Assembly: GCA_036154175.1 (NCBI GenBank) | Contig: JAYZLO010000047.1 | Location: 1 to 51,736 of the forward strand | Reading direction: 5' to 3' | Length of the DNA stretch: 51,736 nt | Source: Thermoplasmatota archaeon | Lineage (GTDB): Archaea; Thermoplasmatota; Poseidoniia; Poseidoniales; Thalassarchaeaceae | Shown: one piece after another, positions 19,910-28,899 of the stretch | Position numbering within the stretch: the first letter of the stretch is position 1 | Layout of the letters: the number at the start of each line of letters is the position of its first letter | Program-made: the position numbers and the translations under genes | The notes under the pieces: generated by a model | Told to the model about the DNA's origin: nothing | Database searches by the model: none | Seen by the model: the letters and a program-made list of their open reading frames with translations, nothing else

Positions 19910-21250
19910 GCACCTTGTTCTAGCAATTTTGATAGCGTTCTCTACAATCTCTCCTGATGATCCGAGGTGTGACCTCGGATCAAAAAATCCGGATAGATCA
20001 TGCCCTAACAAATTCATTATCGAATCAGAAGATCTACATGCATCTTCTAGTTTTGCCCCCTCCTGAAGTGCCTTCATTGAGGCGGCTCTAAGCTCTTCAT
20101 GCGCCTCATCCCTTGGCATACCTCTTTCAACCAATTCCAACATTACTTTTTCAGCCATAATAAGGCCTCTCTGAGCTTCAATATTCCCCAACATCCTTTC
20201 TCTATCGATAGACAGTCCCGAAAGAACTCTGTTGCATTTAGAAAATACGTCATCTAGGAGGATCATTGCATGAGAAAGTGTGAATCTTTCACTGGAAGAA
20301 TTTGCTAAGTCCCTTTCATGCCAAAGGAGTGCATTTTCGTATGAAGGGATCATCATGGAACGAACAATTCTAGCTAGACCGCAGGCATTTTCAGCCGTAA
20401 TCGGATTCTTTTTGTGTGCCATCGTGGAGGACCCTACTTGCTTCTTCAAATCGAACGATTCTGCTACCTCACCAATCTCGGTCCTCTGGAGATTTCTAAT
20501 TTCCTGGAGAACCTTCTCTATGCTGGTCGCGACATTTGACATCCACCCTACCCATTCAATGTATCTATCTCTTCCAACAACCTGTGTTGTGGCAACTGGG
20601 ACCTCAAGCCCCAGTTCTCTCAGAACCAGACTCTGCAGCTCAAGCGCTCTTTCTCCTTGGGCTGCACCGGAACCAACTGCTCCCAGAAACTTCCCTGTTA
20701 TACATCTTTGAGTCATCTCATGCAGACGATCCAAGTGTCTCCTGAATTCGTCTACCCAGACAGCAACCTTCAGTCCGAAGGTTATTGGGACTGCAGCTTG
20801 ACCATGCGTCCTTCCTAGCATTACTGTGTCTCTTTCTCTTTCTGCGATATCACACATTGTGAGAATCAATTTTCTTATTGCTTCATCTTGAAGGGATATG
20901 CTATCCTTAATTTGTAAAGCGACAGCTGAATCTACAATGTCATTACTGGTAGCTCCGAGGTGGATGCACCACCCGGAATCCCCTGCTACTTCGGCCATTG
21001 CCTTGGTTAGGGCCATGATATCATGTTTCGTTTCAGCCTCAATTTCATCCACTCTATCAGCAGTAACTATGCCTGGATCAGCAATTTCAGCTATTGCATC
21101 ATAGTCTTCAGGTGATACTTTTCCCATCTTACTGTGAGCCCATATTAATGCCCTTTCGACCTCAAGCTGTCTTGCGTGCCTACCCTCACGAGACCAAATT
21201 TCCTTTGCGACATCTCGTCCATACCTGTAATCAAGAGGTGATATTGGCAT
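19901..21250 (-). CDS. purB: Adenylosuccinate lyase
   Basis: SPLDYRYG N-terminus and the fumarate-lyase signature GSSTMAHKKNP. The 449-aa length fits. Confidence 0.95.
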   Translation of the reverse strand: MPISPLDYRYGRDVAKEIWSREGRHARQLEVERALIWAHSKMGKVSPEDYDAIAEIADPGIVTADRVDEIEAETKHDIMALTKAMAEVAGDSGWCIHLGATSNDIVDSAVALQIKDSISLQDEAIRKLILTMCDIAERERDTVMLGRTHGQAAVPITFGLKVAVWVDEFRRHLDRLHEMTQRCITGKFLGAVGSGAAQGERALELQSLVLRELGLEVPVATTQVVGRDRYIEWVGWMSNVATSIEKVLQEIRNLQRTEIGEVAESFDLKKQVGSSTMAHKKNPITAENACGLARIVRSMMIPSYENALLWHERDLANSSSERFTLSHAMILLDDVFSKCNRVLSGLSIDRERMLGNIEAQRGLIMAEKVMLELVERGMPRDEAHEELRAASMKALQEGAKLEDACRSSDSIMNLLGHDLSGFFDPRSHLGSSGEIVENAIKIARTRCLE

Positions 21251-21287
21251 AATTTTCAGACGTGCGACTATGTTTACCTGTTTGAGC

Positions 21288-22043
21288 CTAACGATGATAC
21301 TTCAATGCGCAGGAATCCATTTTCAATATGCCTCTTGATCCTTGCCAATGGGGCTTTCCGGTATACAATATCTCACGTGTCATATCCGGGAAATTAACCA
21401 CGAAGGTTTCGAATTCACCACCCTCTCCATCTATGTTGAATCTGTGCCTTCTAGACAGAGTCCGCAAGTCCAATAGCGATTCTAAATCCAACCTCTTTCC
21501 CAGCCATTCTTGTTCCAAACCCTCTGTGGAGACAGATGTGAATACTACGTCGAATCCATGTTCTACCAGAGACTGCATGTGACTTTCCCCATCCTTATGC
21601 CATAATGGGCAGAATGAACGTATCTCTAATCTCTCGCACATCCTCTCAATCCTTGTTTTCTGGTAATCTGAACGAATCGCCCCTACCACTAACCCATCTA
21701 TCACTGGCCTCTCTTTTTGCAATACCATATCATTCGGTACTCCAACCCAACTCGGCCAAATCTCCTCAAATGCCTTACTGGTATCCGAATCTCCTCTAAG
21801 CCCTCTTTCCAAATCAGATACCTCTTCCTCCTCGATCCCGTGACTAATCACCGGAAGCCATGGAATTCCCATCGAACAAGCCTGCAAACCCGCTACCCAG
21901 GTATTTCCCAACTGGAACATCATGGAATCTTCCCCTTTTACCATGACAGTGGCAATCGATACAATTTCCCATCCTTGCAAACCTGACCACCACGTAGCAT
22001 AGGCAGAGTCCTTTCCTCCCGAGGATAAAACCACGACTCGCAT
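21288..22043 (-). CDS. dph6: Diphthine--ammonia ligase (MJ0570/Dph6-type PP-loop ATPase)
   Basis: MRVVVLSSGGKDSAYATWW PP-loop N-terminus. I chose ATG 22043. The ORF-track start 22109 adds 22 non-conserved residues and leaves only 16 nt to the divergent psmA. Confidence 0.78.
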   Translation of the reverse strand: MRVVVLSSGGKDSAYATWWSGLQGWEIVSIATVMVKGEDSMMFQLGNTWVAGLQACSMGIPWLPVISHGIEEEEVSDLERGLRGDSDTSKAFEEIWPSWVGVPNDMVLQKERPVIDGLVVGAIRSDYQKTRIERMCERLEIRSFCPLWHKDGESHMQSLVEHGFDVVFTSVSTEGLEQEWLGKRLDLESLLDLRTLSRRHRFNIDGEGGEFETFVVNFPDMTREILYTGKPHWQGSRGILKMDSCALKYHR

Positions 22044-22125
22044 CTTTCCACCAATTTTAAACTCCGCAGAATGTATACTAGATTGAGTCTTCTCTCGACC
22101 AAGATTCATAAGAGTCCATTATGGC

Positions 22126-22851
22126 ATGGGGTCGATAGCGATGCAGCCTAGCGGACGAGGTTACGATCATGGAGTCTCTACGTTTTCCCCAGACGGTAGA
22201 CTTTACCAAGTAGAATATGCCAGAGAATCAGTAAAGAGGGGGACTACAACAGTCGGCCTTGTCTTCAAAGAAGGAGTGGTACTAATTGTAGATAAGAGGG
22301 TCCAGAGCAAGCTCGTGATAACTGATTCTATTGAGAAAATGTACCAAATCGACAATCACATTGGAATTACTACATCCGGTTTAGTTGCTGATGCTAGGCA
22401 GCTGGTAGACAGAGCAAGAGTACAATGCCAAGTCAACAGAATGACATATGGTGCCAAAATTCCAGTTTCTACTCTAGTTAAGAAAATGTGTGATTACAAG
22501 CAATCGTTTACTCAATATGGTGGAGCGAGACCATTTGGCACTGCTCTCCTAATCGCAGGATTCGATGACGAAGGGTTCCATCTCTTCGAAACTGACCCTT
22601 CTGGTGCCTATCAATCATATAATGCTGGAGCGATCGGCAGGGGTCGCTCTACTGCCATAGATTACTTCGAAGAGAAGTGGAAGCCCAATATGACTCAAAA
22701 TGCCGCGATCAAGTTAGGCCTTGAAGCACTTAAGGAATCCCTAGAAGACGATTTGAACAGGGAAACTGTCGAGATAGCATGTGTGGACAAGGATGGTTAC
22801 AGGAAGTTGGATCAAGAATCAACCCTGAAGCATCTCGATAAGATGTCTTGA
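22126..22851 (+). CDS. psmA: Proteasome subunit alpha
   Basis: YDHGVSTFSPDGRLYQVEYA and GTTTVGL motifs. An alternative start is ATG 22141. Confidence 0.95.
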   Translation: MGSIAMQPSGRGYDHGVSTFSPDGRLYQVEYARESVKRGTTTVGLVFKEGVVLIVDKRVQSKLVITDSIEKMYQIDNHIGITTSGLVADARQLVDRARVQCQVNRMTYGAKIPVSTLVKKMCDYKQSFTQYGGARPFGTALLIAGFDDEGFHLFETDPSGAYQSYNAGAIGRGRSTAIDYFEEKWKPNMTQNAAIKLGLEALKESLEDDLNRETVEIACVDKDGYRKLDQESTLKHLDKMS

Positions 22852-22891
22852 TTTCCGCCAATGTCTAAGCCGCACCCCCAATGGGGCCTAT

Positions 22892-23581
22892 ATGGTCAGC
22901 TTGGATGATGCTGTATTAGCCCGCCTGGAAAAGGGGGGAAAAAGATTCGAGATTTTGGTAGATCCTGATTTGGTTGAGTTATGGAAACAGAATCCAGAAG
23001 GAGTTTCGATGGATGACCTCCTAGCTGTAGATGAAATATGGTCCGACGCGAGAGCAGGAGAGAGGCCCACCTCGGAGGCTCTTGAGGGTGCTTTTGGAGA
23101 TACCGATATAGTTGATTGCGCTTTGAAGATTCTTGTTAATGGTACGATACAATTAACCACGGCGCAGAGGAAGAATATGGTCAATGAAAAGAAACGGCAG
23201 ATAGTGAACGAGATTGCCACTACTGCTACCGATCCCAAGACCAAACTTCCACACCCTAGGACTAGGATAGAAAATGCTCTGGAGGAGCTCAGATTTCCAA
23301 TAGATCCCTTCAAATCAGTGGAAAGTCAAGTCGAAAACGCTGTTTCTGCCCTGAGGCCTGTTATTCCTCTACAATTCATTACCGTAAGATTGGCATTCAA
23401 AGTACAAGGTAGAGACTATGGGGCAATAAGTCAGATGCTCAGAGACTCGATTCAGAAGGAAGAGTGGTTGAGTGATGGCACATGGGTCTGTGTCGTTACA
23501 TCTCCCGGTGGAATGAAAAATGACTTAATTGGAAAGGTGGCATCAAAATCTCCCGATGTTGAAGTACGTGAAATCGAGTAA
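22892..23581 (+). CDS. sdo1: SBDS/Sdo1-family ribosome maturation protein
   Basis: The N-terminus ARLEKGGKRFEILVDPD is typical of the SBDS FYSH domain. It sits at the conserved position between psmA and rrp4. Confidence 0.88.
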   Translation: MVSLDDAVLARLEKGGKRFEILVDPDLVELWKQNPEGVSMDDLLAVDEIWSDARAGERPTSEALEGAFGDTDIVDCALKILVNGTIQLTTAQRKNMVNEKKRQIVNEIATTATDPKTKLPHPRTRIENALEELRFPIDPFKSVESQVENAVSALRPVIPLQFITVRLAFKVQGRDYGAISQMLRDSIQKEEWLSDGTWVCVVTSPGGMKNDLIGKVASKSPDVEVREIE

Positions 23582-23610
23582 TTTACCAAATCTGCCCAGC
23601 ATCAACGGTT

Positions 23611-24306
23611 ATGAATAGCAGGCCAGTCGCGCGGCTCGATAACATGACAAAAAATAATGACGCGACGGGGTCGCGAAGTGTACGAGGCCAAGTCCTCGTT
23701 GTTCCCGGAGAGGATCTGGGAGAATCTGAAGGGCAAGAAGCCGGCCATGGAGTTCTTTCCATTTCTGGGCGGCTAAAGGCAATAAAACAAGGAATAATTA
23801 GGAAAAAAGGAGCTTTGGTTTCAGTTGAGCCAAAACACACGAGATACATGCCTCGTCCGGGTGATTTGGTGATCGGTTTCATCGAGGGCTGTACAAACAA
23901 CATATGGTTTATCGAACTCGGTGCCCCTTTCAATGCGATACTACCAATGAGTCTCGGGCCAGGAAAGGTAGATTTTGGAGGCACTAGGTCAGTAATGGAC
24001 GTAGGCGACGCAGTCCTGTGCAGAATACAGGAAGTCGAGGAAACACATTCTAGCGTTGTCACTATGAAGGGAATGGGCCTTAGGAAAATTCGCTCAGGAA
24101 TCATAGAAGAGATTGATCCACACTTACTGGGTAGGCTAATTGGTAAAGGTGGAGAATCACTAAGAAGACTGAAAGAGGATACAGAGTGCCGTGTGGTTGT
24201 AGCGGACAACGGTAGGATGTGGATAGACGGAGAATTTGAGGGGATTCTAGAAGTCAGAAAAAGATTATTCGAATTATCAGCGAGTGTCAAAGGGGGTGTG
24301 AAATAA
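23611..24306 (+). CDS. rrp4: Exosome complex RNA-binding subunit Rrp4
   Basis: S1 domain (YMPRPGDLVIGFIEG) followed by a KH domain (GRLIGKGGESLRRLKEDT). The start is ATG 23611 or 23644. Confidence 0.9.
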   Translation: MNSRPVARLDNMTKNNDATGSRSVRGQVLVVPGEDLGESEGQEAGHGVLSISGRLKAIKQGIIRKKGALVSVEPKHTRYMPRPGDLVIGFIEGCTNNIWFIELGAPFNAILPMSLGPGKVDFGGTRSVMDVGDAVLCRIQEVEETHSSVVTMKGMGLRKIRSGIIEEIDPHLLGRLIGKGGESLRRLKEDTECRVVVADNGRMWIDGEFEGILEVRKRLFELSASVKGGVK

Positions 24307-25019
24307 TGGGCGGATACGGAGATATTTTGATGATTGATGAGAACGGCTTGAGAATGGATGGCCGAGGACCTGGAGATATTAGGGAGATATCTATTCAGAC
24401 AGGGGTTGTACCTGTTGCAGACGGATCTTGCAGGATGACTTGGGGGACCAATGAAGCGATTGTCGCTGTCTATGGGCCAATGGAAGCCCATCCTAGGAAG
24501 ATTCAGAGACAAGATAGAGCAGTCCTCGATGTAGCCTACAATATGGCTCCATTCTCAACAACGGATAGAATCAGGCCCGGTTTCAATCGAAGAAGTAGAG
24601 AAATCAGCAAAGTAACGAAGGATGCTCTCGAAAGTGTAGTCCTTCTCGACTTGTATCCGCGCTCAAAGATTCGCGTGAATATAGAAATTATCTCTGCGGA
24701 AGCTGGGACAAGATGTGTGGGGCTGACTGCCGCATCCGTCGCTCTTGCAGACGCAGGTATACCCATGACCGACTTAGTAGTCAGTGTAGCCAGCGGTAAA
24801 ATAAATGATGTTGTAGTGTGCGATCTGAATAAGGAAGAGGACAATTATGGGGAAGCTGACCTCCCTATGGGGATTCTTCCAAACACGGGCGAGTTGGTTT
24901 TCTTACAGATGGATGGCGATCTCTCTCAAGATGAATTCAAAGAGGCATGGGACTACAATATGGAAGCTGCATCGTCGATACACGAAAAGATGGTCGAAGC
25001 GCTAAAGGAGGGTGCATAG
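24306..25019 (+). CDS. rrp41: Exosome complex exonuclease Rrp41 (RNase PH fold)
   Basis: RMDGRGPGDIREISIQTGV, GSCRMTWG and a GTRCVGLTAASVALADAGIPM-type block. Its ATG overlaps the rrp4 stop (TAATG). Confidence 0.92.
   Translation: MGGYGDILMIDENGLRMDGRGPGDIREISIQTGVVPVADGSCRMTWGTNEAIVAVYGPMEAHPRKIQRQDRAVLDVAYNMAPFSTTDRIRPGFNRRSREISKVTKDALESVVLLDLYPRSKIRVNIEIISAEAGTRCVGLTAASVALADAGIPMTDLVVSVASGKINDVVVCDLNKEEDNYGEADLPMGILPNTGELVFLQMDGDLSQDEFKEAWDYNMEAASSIHEKMVEALKEGA
25006..25014 (+). promoter_or_regulatory. Shine-Dalgarno-like element upstream of rrp42
   Basis: aggagggtg lies 6 nt upstream of ATG 25021. This supports ATG 25021 rather than GTG 25012. Confidence 0.5.
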
Positions 25020-25020
25020 T

Positions 25021-25800
25021 ATGACAATACCTATCGTACCAAATCTACTCAGAGCTCATCTTTCCGATCTAGCCGAAAAGGATGCTAGGATAGACGGCAG
25101 GTCTAGGTGGGAGGGTAGGAAATTGGAGGTCGAGCATTCCATTCTTCCGAGAGCCGAGGGCTCAGCCAAGGTTAGGATGGGTGACACGATCGTCTTCGCA
25201 GGAGTAAAGTTCCAAATCATGCAACCATATCCAGATCGTCCAAATCAGGGTGGTTTGATGTGTTCTGCTGAGGTCAGACCAGTCGCAGGTAGGCACTGGG
25301 AAGCAGGCCCGCCAAGTGAAGAATCAATAGAGCTCGGAAGAGTCGTAGATAGAGGGATCAGGGAATCAGGTTGTATCGATGTCGACTCTCTTTGCATAAT
25401 TCCTGGTGAGAAAGCTTGGCAAGTAATACTAGATTTGTTTGCCGTATCGGACGATGGAAATCTTTTCGATGCATTCGCTTTGGCTGGAATTGTAGCACTA
25501 AGGAATGCAATAATACCCGCAGAAAGATTCGAAGTCGGGGAGGATAAGAAACTAGAAGTCTCTAAAACGCCTATTATGTGCTCTTATCACAAGGTTGGTG
25601 GACGTTTTGTTTACGATGCGTCTTCAAGAGAAGAGCTTGGTGGTGATGAGAGGATCCACATCACTCTAGGTGATGGGGACAACGTTCATTCTCTACAGAA
25701 GGGTATAAAGGGAATTTTCTCAGCGGATGAGTTTGCTGAAATAATGGAAAATGCCCGTCAAAGGACCAAGGAACTTAGAGATATAATCAATTCAATATAG
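25021..25800 (+). CDS. rrp42: Exosome complex subunit Rrp42 (RNase PH-like, non-catalytic)
   Basis: RIDGRSRWEGRKLEVEHSILPRAEGSAKVRMGDT. It is in conserved order after rrp41. Confidence 0.9.
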   Translation: MTIPIVPNLLRAHLSDLAEKDARIDGRSRWEGRKLEVEHSILPRAEGSAKVRMGDTIVFAGVKFQIMQPYPDRPNQGGLMCSAEVRPVAGRHWEAGPPSEESIELGRVVDRGIRESGCIDVDSLCIIPGEKAWQVILDLFAVSDDGNLFDAFALAGIVALRNAIIPAERFEVGEDKKLEVSKTPIMCSYHKVGGRFVYDASSREELGGDERIHITLGDGDNVHSLQKGIKGIFSADEFAEIMENARQRTKELRDIINSI

Positions 25801-25810
25801 GTGTAATAAT

Positions 25811-26179
25811 ATGGCAAAGAGAACCCAGAAAGCCGGAGCAACAGCTCGTTTCGGACCTCGATACGGAGTCAGCGTTCGTAGAAGAGCGGGTTCTGCAATT
25901 TCTAAAAAGTCCAGAAAATACACTTGCCCTAGTTGTCATTACTCTAAGGTCAGAAGGAAGGCAGCGGGGATATGGGAGTGTAGGAAGTGCAATCATACAT
26001 TTTCTGGAGGCGTCTGGGAACCTTACACTAGGGCAAGTGATGCAAACAAGAGGATTATTCGACGTTCTCTTGAAGGGGCCACTGCTACCGACATGACCGT
26101 AATTGCCCAGCAGGCTGCTTTAGAATATGAAAGAAAATTATCCGAGAGAGATTCAGATGAAGGATCAGAAGAGGAATGA
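25811..26179 (+). CDS. rpl37ae: Large-subunit ribosomal protein L37Ae (eL43) with an acidic C-terminal tail
   Basis: AKRTQKAGATARFGPRYG N-terminus and a CPSC...CRKC zinc ribbon. An aggtg SD-like element lies 7 nt upstream of the ATG. Confidence 0.9.
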   Translation: MAKRTQKAGATARFGPRYGVSVRRRAGSAISKKSRKYTCPSCHYSKVRRKAAGIWECRKCNHTFSGGVWEPYTRASDANKRIIRRSLEGATATDMTVIAQQAALEYERKLSERDSDEGSEEE

Positions 26180-26399
26180 GAAAGTCGAGCTCAGCCTAAC
26201 GTTGGAGCATCCGGATTCTCACGCATTATCATCTTCTCTGGTAACAGAAGCCGATTTTAACAACACTGAAAATCAGGTTCAAGTCTCGATTTCTTCTGAT
26301 TCTTTTAATGACCTTAGGGCAAGGTGGAATTCACTAATGAGAGCTTTAATTGCATCCGAACATTCCCTTATGGCAACAAGAGGGGGCGGCAAGGATTAG
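26157..26399 (+). CDS. pcc1: KEOPS subunit Pcc1-like protein (putative)
   Basis: Small ORF with the pattern VELSLTLEHPDSHALSSSL...QVQVSISSDSFNDLRARWNSLMRALIASEHSL. This resembles archaeal Pcc1 (..ATD..ALRa..NSylRwi..a). The start is 26127 or 26157. It overlaps both neighbours. Confidence 0.55.
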   Translation: MKDQKRNEKVELSLTLEHPDSHALSSSLVTEADFNNTENQVQVSISSDSFNDLRARWNSLMRALIASEHSLMATRGGGKD

Positions 26400-26715
26400 C
26401 AAGGAAGTTTCAGCTGAACAAATTCAGTCCATTGCCCGAGAACTACAGGCAATTAGGAATCAGATTCAAACGATTTCATCACAAATCTCGGAGTATGGCA
26501 TAACCGTAGAGGCACTTGGGGAACAGGATTCGGAGAAGCCAGTTTATCGCTCACTCGGAAACCTGTTATTAGAGGTTGCAGATCGGGAGAAACTTTTGTC
26601 CGAATTAACTGATGCTAAATCGTCCCTAGAAGAGCATTTGAAGAGACTAGTCGAAAGAGAAGAAAATCTTAGAGAGCATTATGAGGAAAAAGCTGAGCAG
26701 TTTGAGAGGGAGTGA
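26350..26715 (+). CDS. pfdB: Prefoldin beta subunit
   Basis: Two coiled-coil arms flank the hairpin block PVYRSLGNLLLEVADREKLLSEL. The only start candidate before the conserved region is TTG 26350. Confidence 0.85.
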   Translation: MHPNIPLWQQEGAARISKEVSAEQIQSIARELQAIRNQIQTISSQISEYGITVEALGEQDSEKPVYRSLGNLLLEVADREKLLSELTDAKSSLEEHLKRLVEREENLREHYEEKAEQFERE

Positions 26716-26721
26716 CCTTTA

Positions 26722-27552
26722 TTGGCATGGCCATCAGAATCAACAAAAGACCCTTCACCCGAATCAGAAATTTTTCGGTCTTTCATTTCCGAAGGTAAGA
26801 CAAAGGAAGCTTTGGAGATCAGCGAGATAATATTGGCGAAGTCAAGGAATTTGAATGATCGAGATTATGAATCTGAGGCATGGATTCGTATGGAAAGAGC
26901 ACTACTAGGGGCCTGTCCCACAGAAAATATTGGTTCGGAATTAAGATGGTGCGTCGATCGTCTAAATTCTATTTCGTCTGGCTCTGCTCTTCATGGACTC
27001 GCTCTTCTAAATTTAGCCTCCTGGCATCTAAACTCCTCAGAAGAAATGATGGCATTAGTAACCCTTTCAGAAATATCTCCCTCACTCGGGCACCCAAATG
27101 ATATAATCGGACTTTCACGATTAGAATCTGGTAGAATTCTTGTTTCAATTGGGGACATCGACCCTGCAATGAGGCATCTTTGGACGGCGATGAGTCGACT
27201 CTCTTCCGAAGGGATGTATGCTGAATCTCTGGTTTGCGCAATGGAGTGGCTTGACATCGCTCTAGACGAAATCGACCCCAAATCACCTAGGATGGAAAAA
27301 AGAATCTCTGAGGCAAAGCCTAGAGAGGAGCCAGGATTAACTAGCTCACCTTCTAATCCGGAAGATATCAGGGAGGTTATAGATTTCATAATGCCACTTT
27401 GCCTTAAAGATCTGTCAGGTGAGAGGAGAGATGATATAGGCTTGATAATTGATGCAAGCGACGCATTAGGAGAAAACTCTTGGAAGGAAAAACTGCGAAA
27501 GAGAGTCTCAGATCTTCAAGATACTAGACTCATTGCTGAGCTCCAATCGTGA
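26722..27552 (+). CDS. Hypothetical all-alpha (TPR-like?) protein
   Basis: 276-aa ORF (TTG start) with helical, repeat-like composition and no motif I can name. Confidence 0.45.
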   Translation: MAWPSESTKDPSPESEIFRSFISEGKTKEALEISEIILAKSRNLNDRDYESEAWIRMERALLGACPTENIGSELRWCVDRLNSISSGSALHGLALLNLASWHLNSSEEMMALVTLSEISPSLGHPNDIIGLSRLESGRILVSIGDIDPAMRHLWTAMSRLSSEGMYAESLVCAMEWLDIALDEIDPKSPRMEKRISEAKPREEPGLTSSPSNPEDIREVIDFIMPLCLKDLSGERRDDIGLIIDASDALGENSWKEKLRKRVSDLQDTRLIAELQS

Positions 27553-27914
27553 TTTTTAATCATAGCCAGCTCATCGGGATCCCATGCAGTACCTTCTGGG
27601 ATTTGAAGGCACCAACCAACCTCCCCAATTGAATCATCATGTGAAAACCATGGTTCTGGATCCACCGTTCCATCTACGTGGACTAGTACCACGCACCCAT
27701 TATCAATCAGGTTGAATTCTAAAGCCTTCGCAGTGCCCAAAATGCCCGCTTCTTCATACAGCTCCCTTAGCGCAGCCTCATCTGGACTTTCGTTATCCAA
27801 AATACGGCCACCTGGCAGCTCCCATCCCCTATCCATATTCTTCACCATGATCCAACAATCATCTTCCTGTTCTGCGGCCAAGGCCCAAACAACAACAAAT
27901 TCAACCTCATTCAT
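27516..27914 (-). CDS. Nudix hydrolase
   Basis: Canonical Nudix box GGRILDNESPDEAALRELYEEAGI (Gx5Ex7REUxEExGU). Its ATG overlaps the stop of the upstream TPR gene by 8 nt. Confidence 0.88.
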   Translation of the reverse strand: MNEVEFVVVWALAAEQEDDCWIMVKNMDRGWELPGGRILDNESPDEAALRELYEEAGILGTAKALEFNLIDNGCVVLVHVDGTVDPEPWFSHDDSIGEVGWCLQIPEGTAWDPDELAMIKNHDWSSAMSLVS

Positions 27915-28890
27915 CTAATTCACCGAGTAACTGCTCTACTATTTCCTTTGCGCCCTCTATCCCTTCATAGGAAAGTCTTCTAGCCAGGAAGAACGCCTCA
28001 GACAGCCTGCCTTGTCGATGAAGATAATCAATTCTAGCGAATTCATTTTCTTCAATATCAATTATTTCCTCTTTTTCACTCTCTATCTGCTCCTCCGGCT
28101 TAGTTATATCTCGCAATCTTTCTAGGAAAATCGCTCTGTCCGAAACATCAGGTTTCTTCCAAGGGGCGCGACCCTTTCCTTCGAATAACCCAACCATCCT
28201 CTCCTTGAAGCGGTCTCTTGACGAATTACCAAGAGAGACTGCCTGCGCCTGATCATAGCAAAGCCATGCCTCGTCGAACTCTTCCCTTCGTTCGTATAAT
28301 CGCCCTAGTTCTTCCCAAGCTTCATGATTATTGGGTCTGTGTGCAAGGATAATTCTGGAAAGATCAATGAAATCATCCTCTAAACCCGCCTCTCTCAACC
28401 TTTCTATCCTTCTAGAGAAAAGTATGTTAGCTCTTTGATCAGAAATATCCAACGATTTGAGTCTCTTCGCGAACTCTTGTATTTCCGTTTCGTTATCCTT
28501 AGCTTTGTTCCACCATTCATCTGCATCTAATGGGTCCTCGGACAACGCAGCTTCTAGGAGATCTTGACATGATTCGATGATTTCTTGCCCCGATAGCTGC
28601 ATTACTAGGTCAGACTCCCTACCAAGAACTGAAAACAAGTCCCCCAAAACGGATAGTGCACCTTCCGTATCTTTCATCAGAACCTTAATTTTAATCAGGA
28701 TTCTCCAATTATCGCCATTTGTAAAATCATAAAGTACGCTCTGTCGGGCATTTTGTTCTGCCCAAGCCAAGTTAGACTCGTTTTCCTTGTGCAATTTCAA
28801 GAATTTCTCTGCTTGGCTCCTATGTCTATTCCCAAGACTCCTTCTTGGATGTTGAAGCGAATCTGAAATATCCATATCTCTTTTTACCAT
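27907..28890 (-). CDS. TPR-like helical-repeat protein, unknown function
   Basis: 327-aa ORF with TPR-like units, e.g. HEAWEELGRLYERREEFDEAWLCYDQAQ. It lies between the UbiD-like and Nudix genes on the same strand. Confidence 0.6.
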   Translation of the reverse strand: MVKRDMDISDSLQHPRRSLGNRHRSQAEKFLKLHKENESNLAWAEQNARQSVLYDFTNGDNWRILIKIKVLMKDTEGALSVLGDLFSVLGRESDLVMQLSGQEIIESCQDLLEAALSEDPLDADEWWNKAKDNETEIQEFAKRLKSLDISDQRANILFSRRIERLREAGLEDDFIDLSRIILAHRPNNHEAWEELGRLYERREEFDEAWLCYDQAQAVSLGNSSRDRFKERMVGLFEGKGRAPWKKPDVSDRAIFLERLRDITKPEEQIESEKEEIIDIEENEFARIDYLHRQGRLSEAFFLARRLSYEGIEGAKEIVEQLLGELDE

Positions 28891-28899
28891 TTAGAAAAC

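Noticed and set aside
23583-24512. 309-aa ORF on the minus strand, the longest unassigned ORF in the track
   Set aside because: It is entirely antisense to the well-supported rrp4/rrp41 genes. Its Ser/Pro/Leu-rich, low-complexity translation is typical of an antisense frame, and it has no recognisable motifs.
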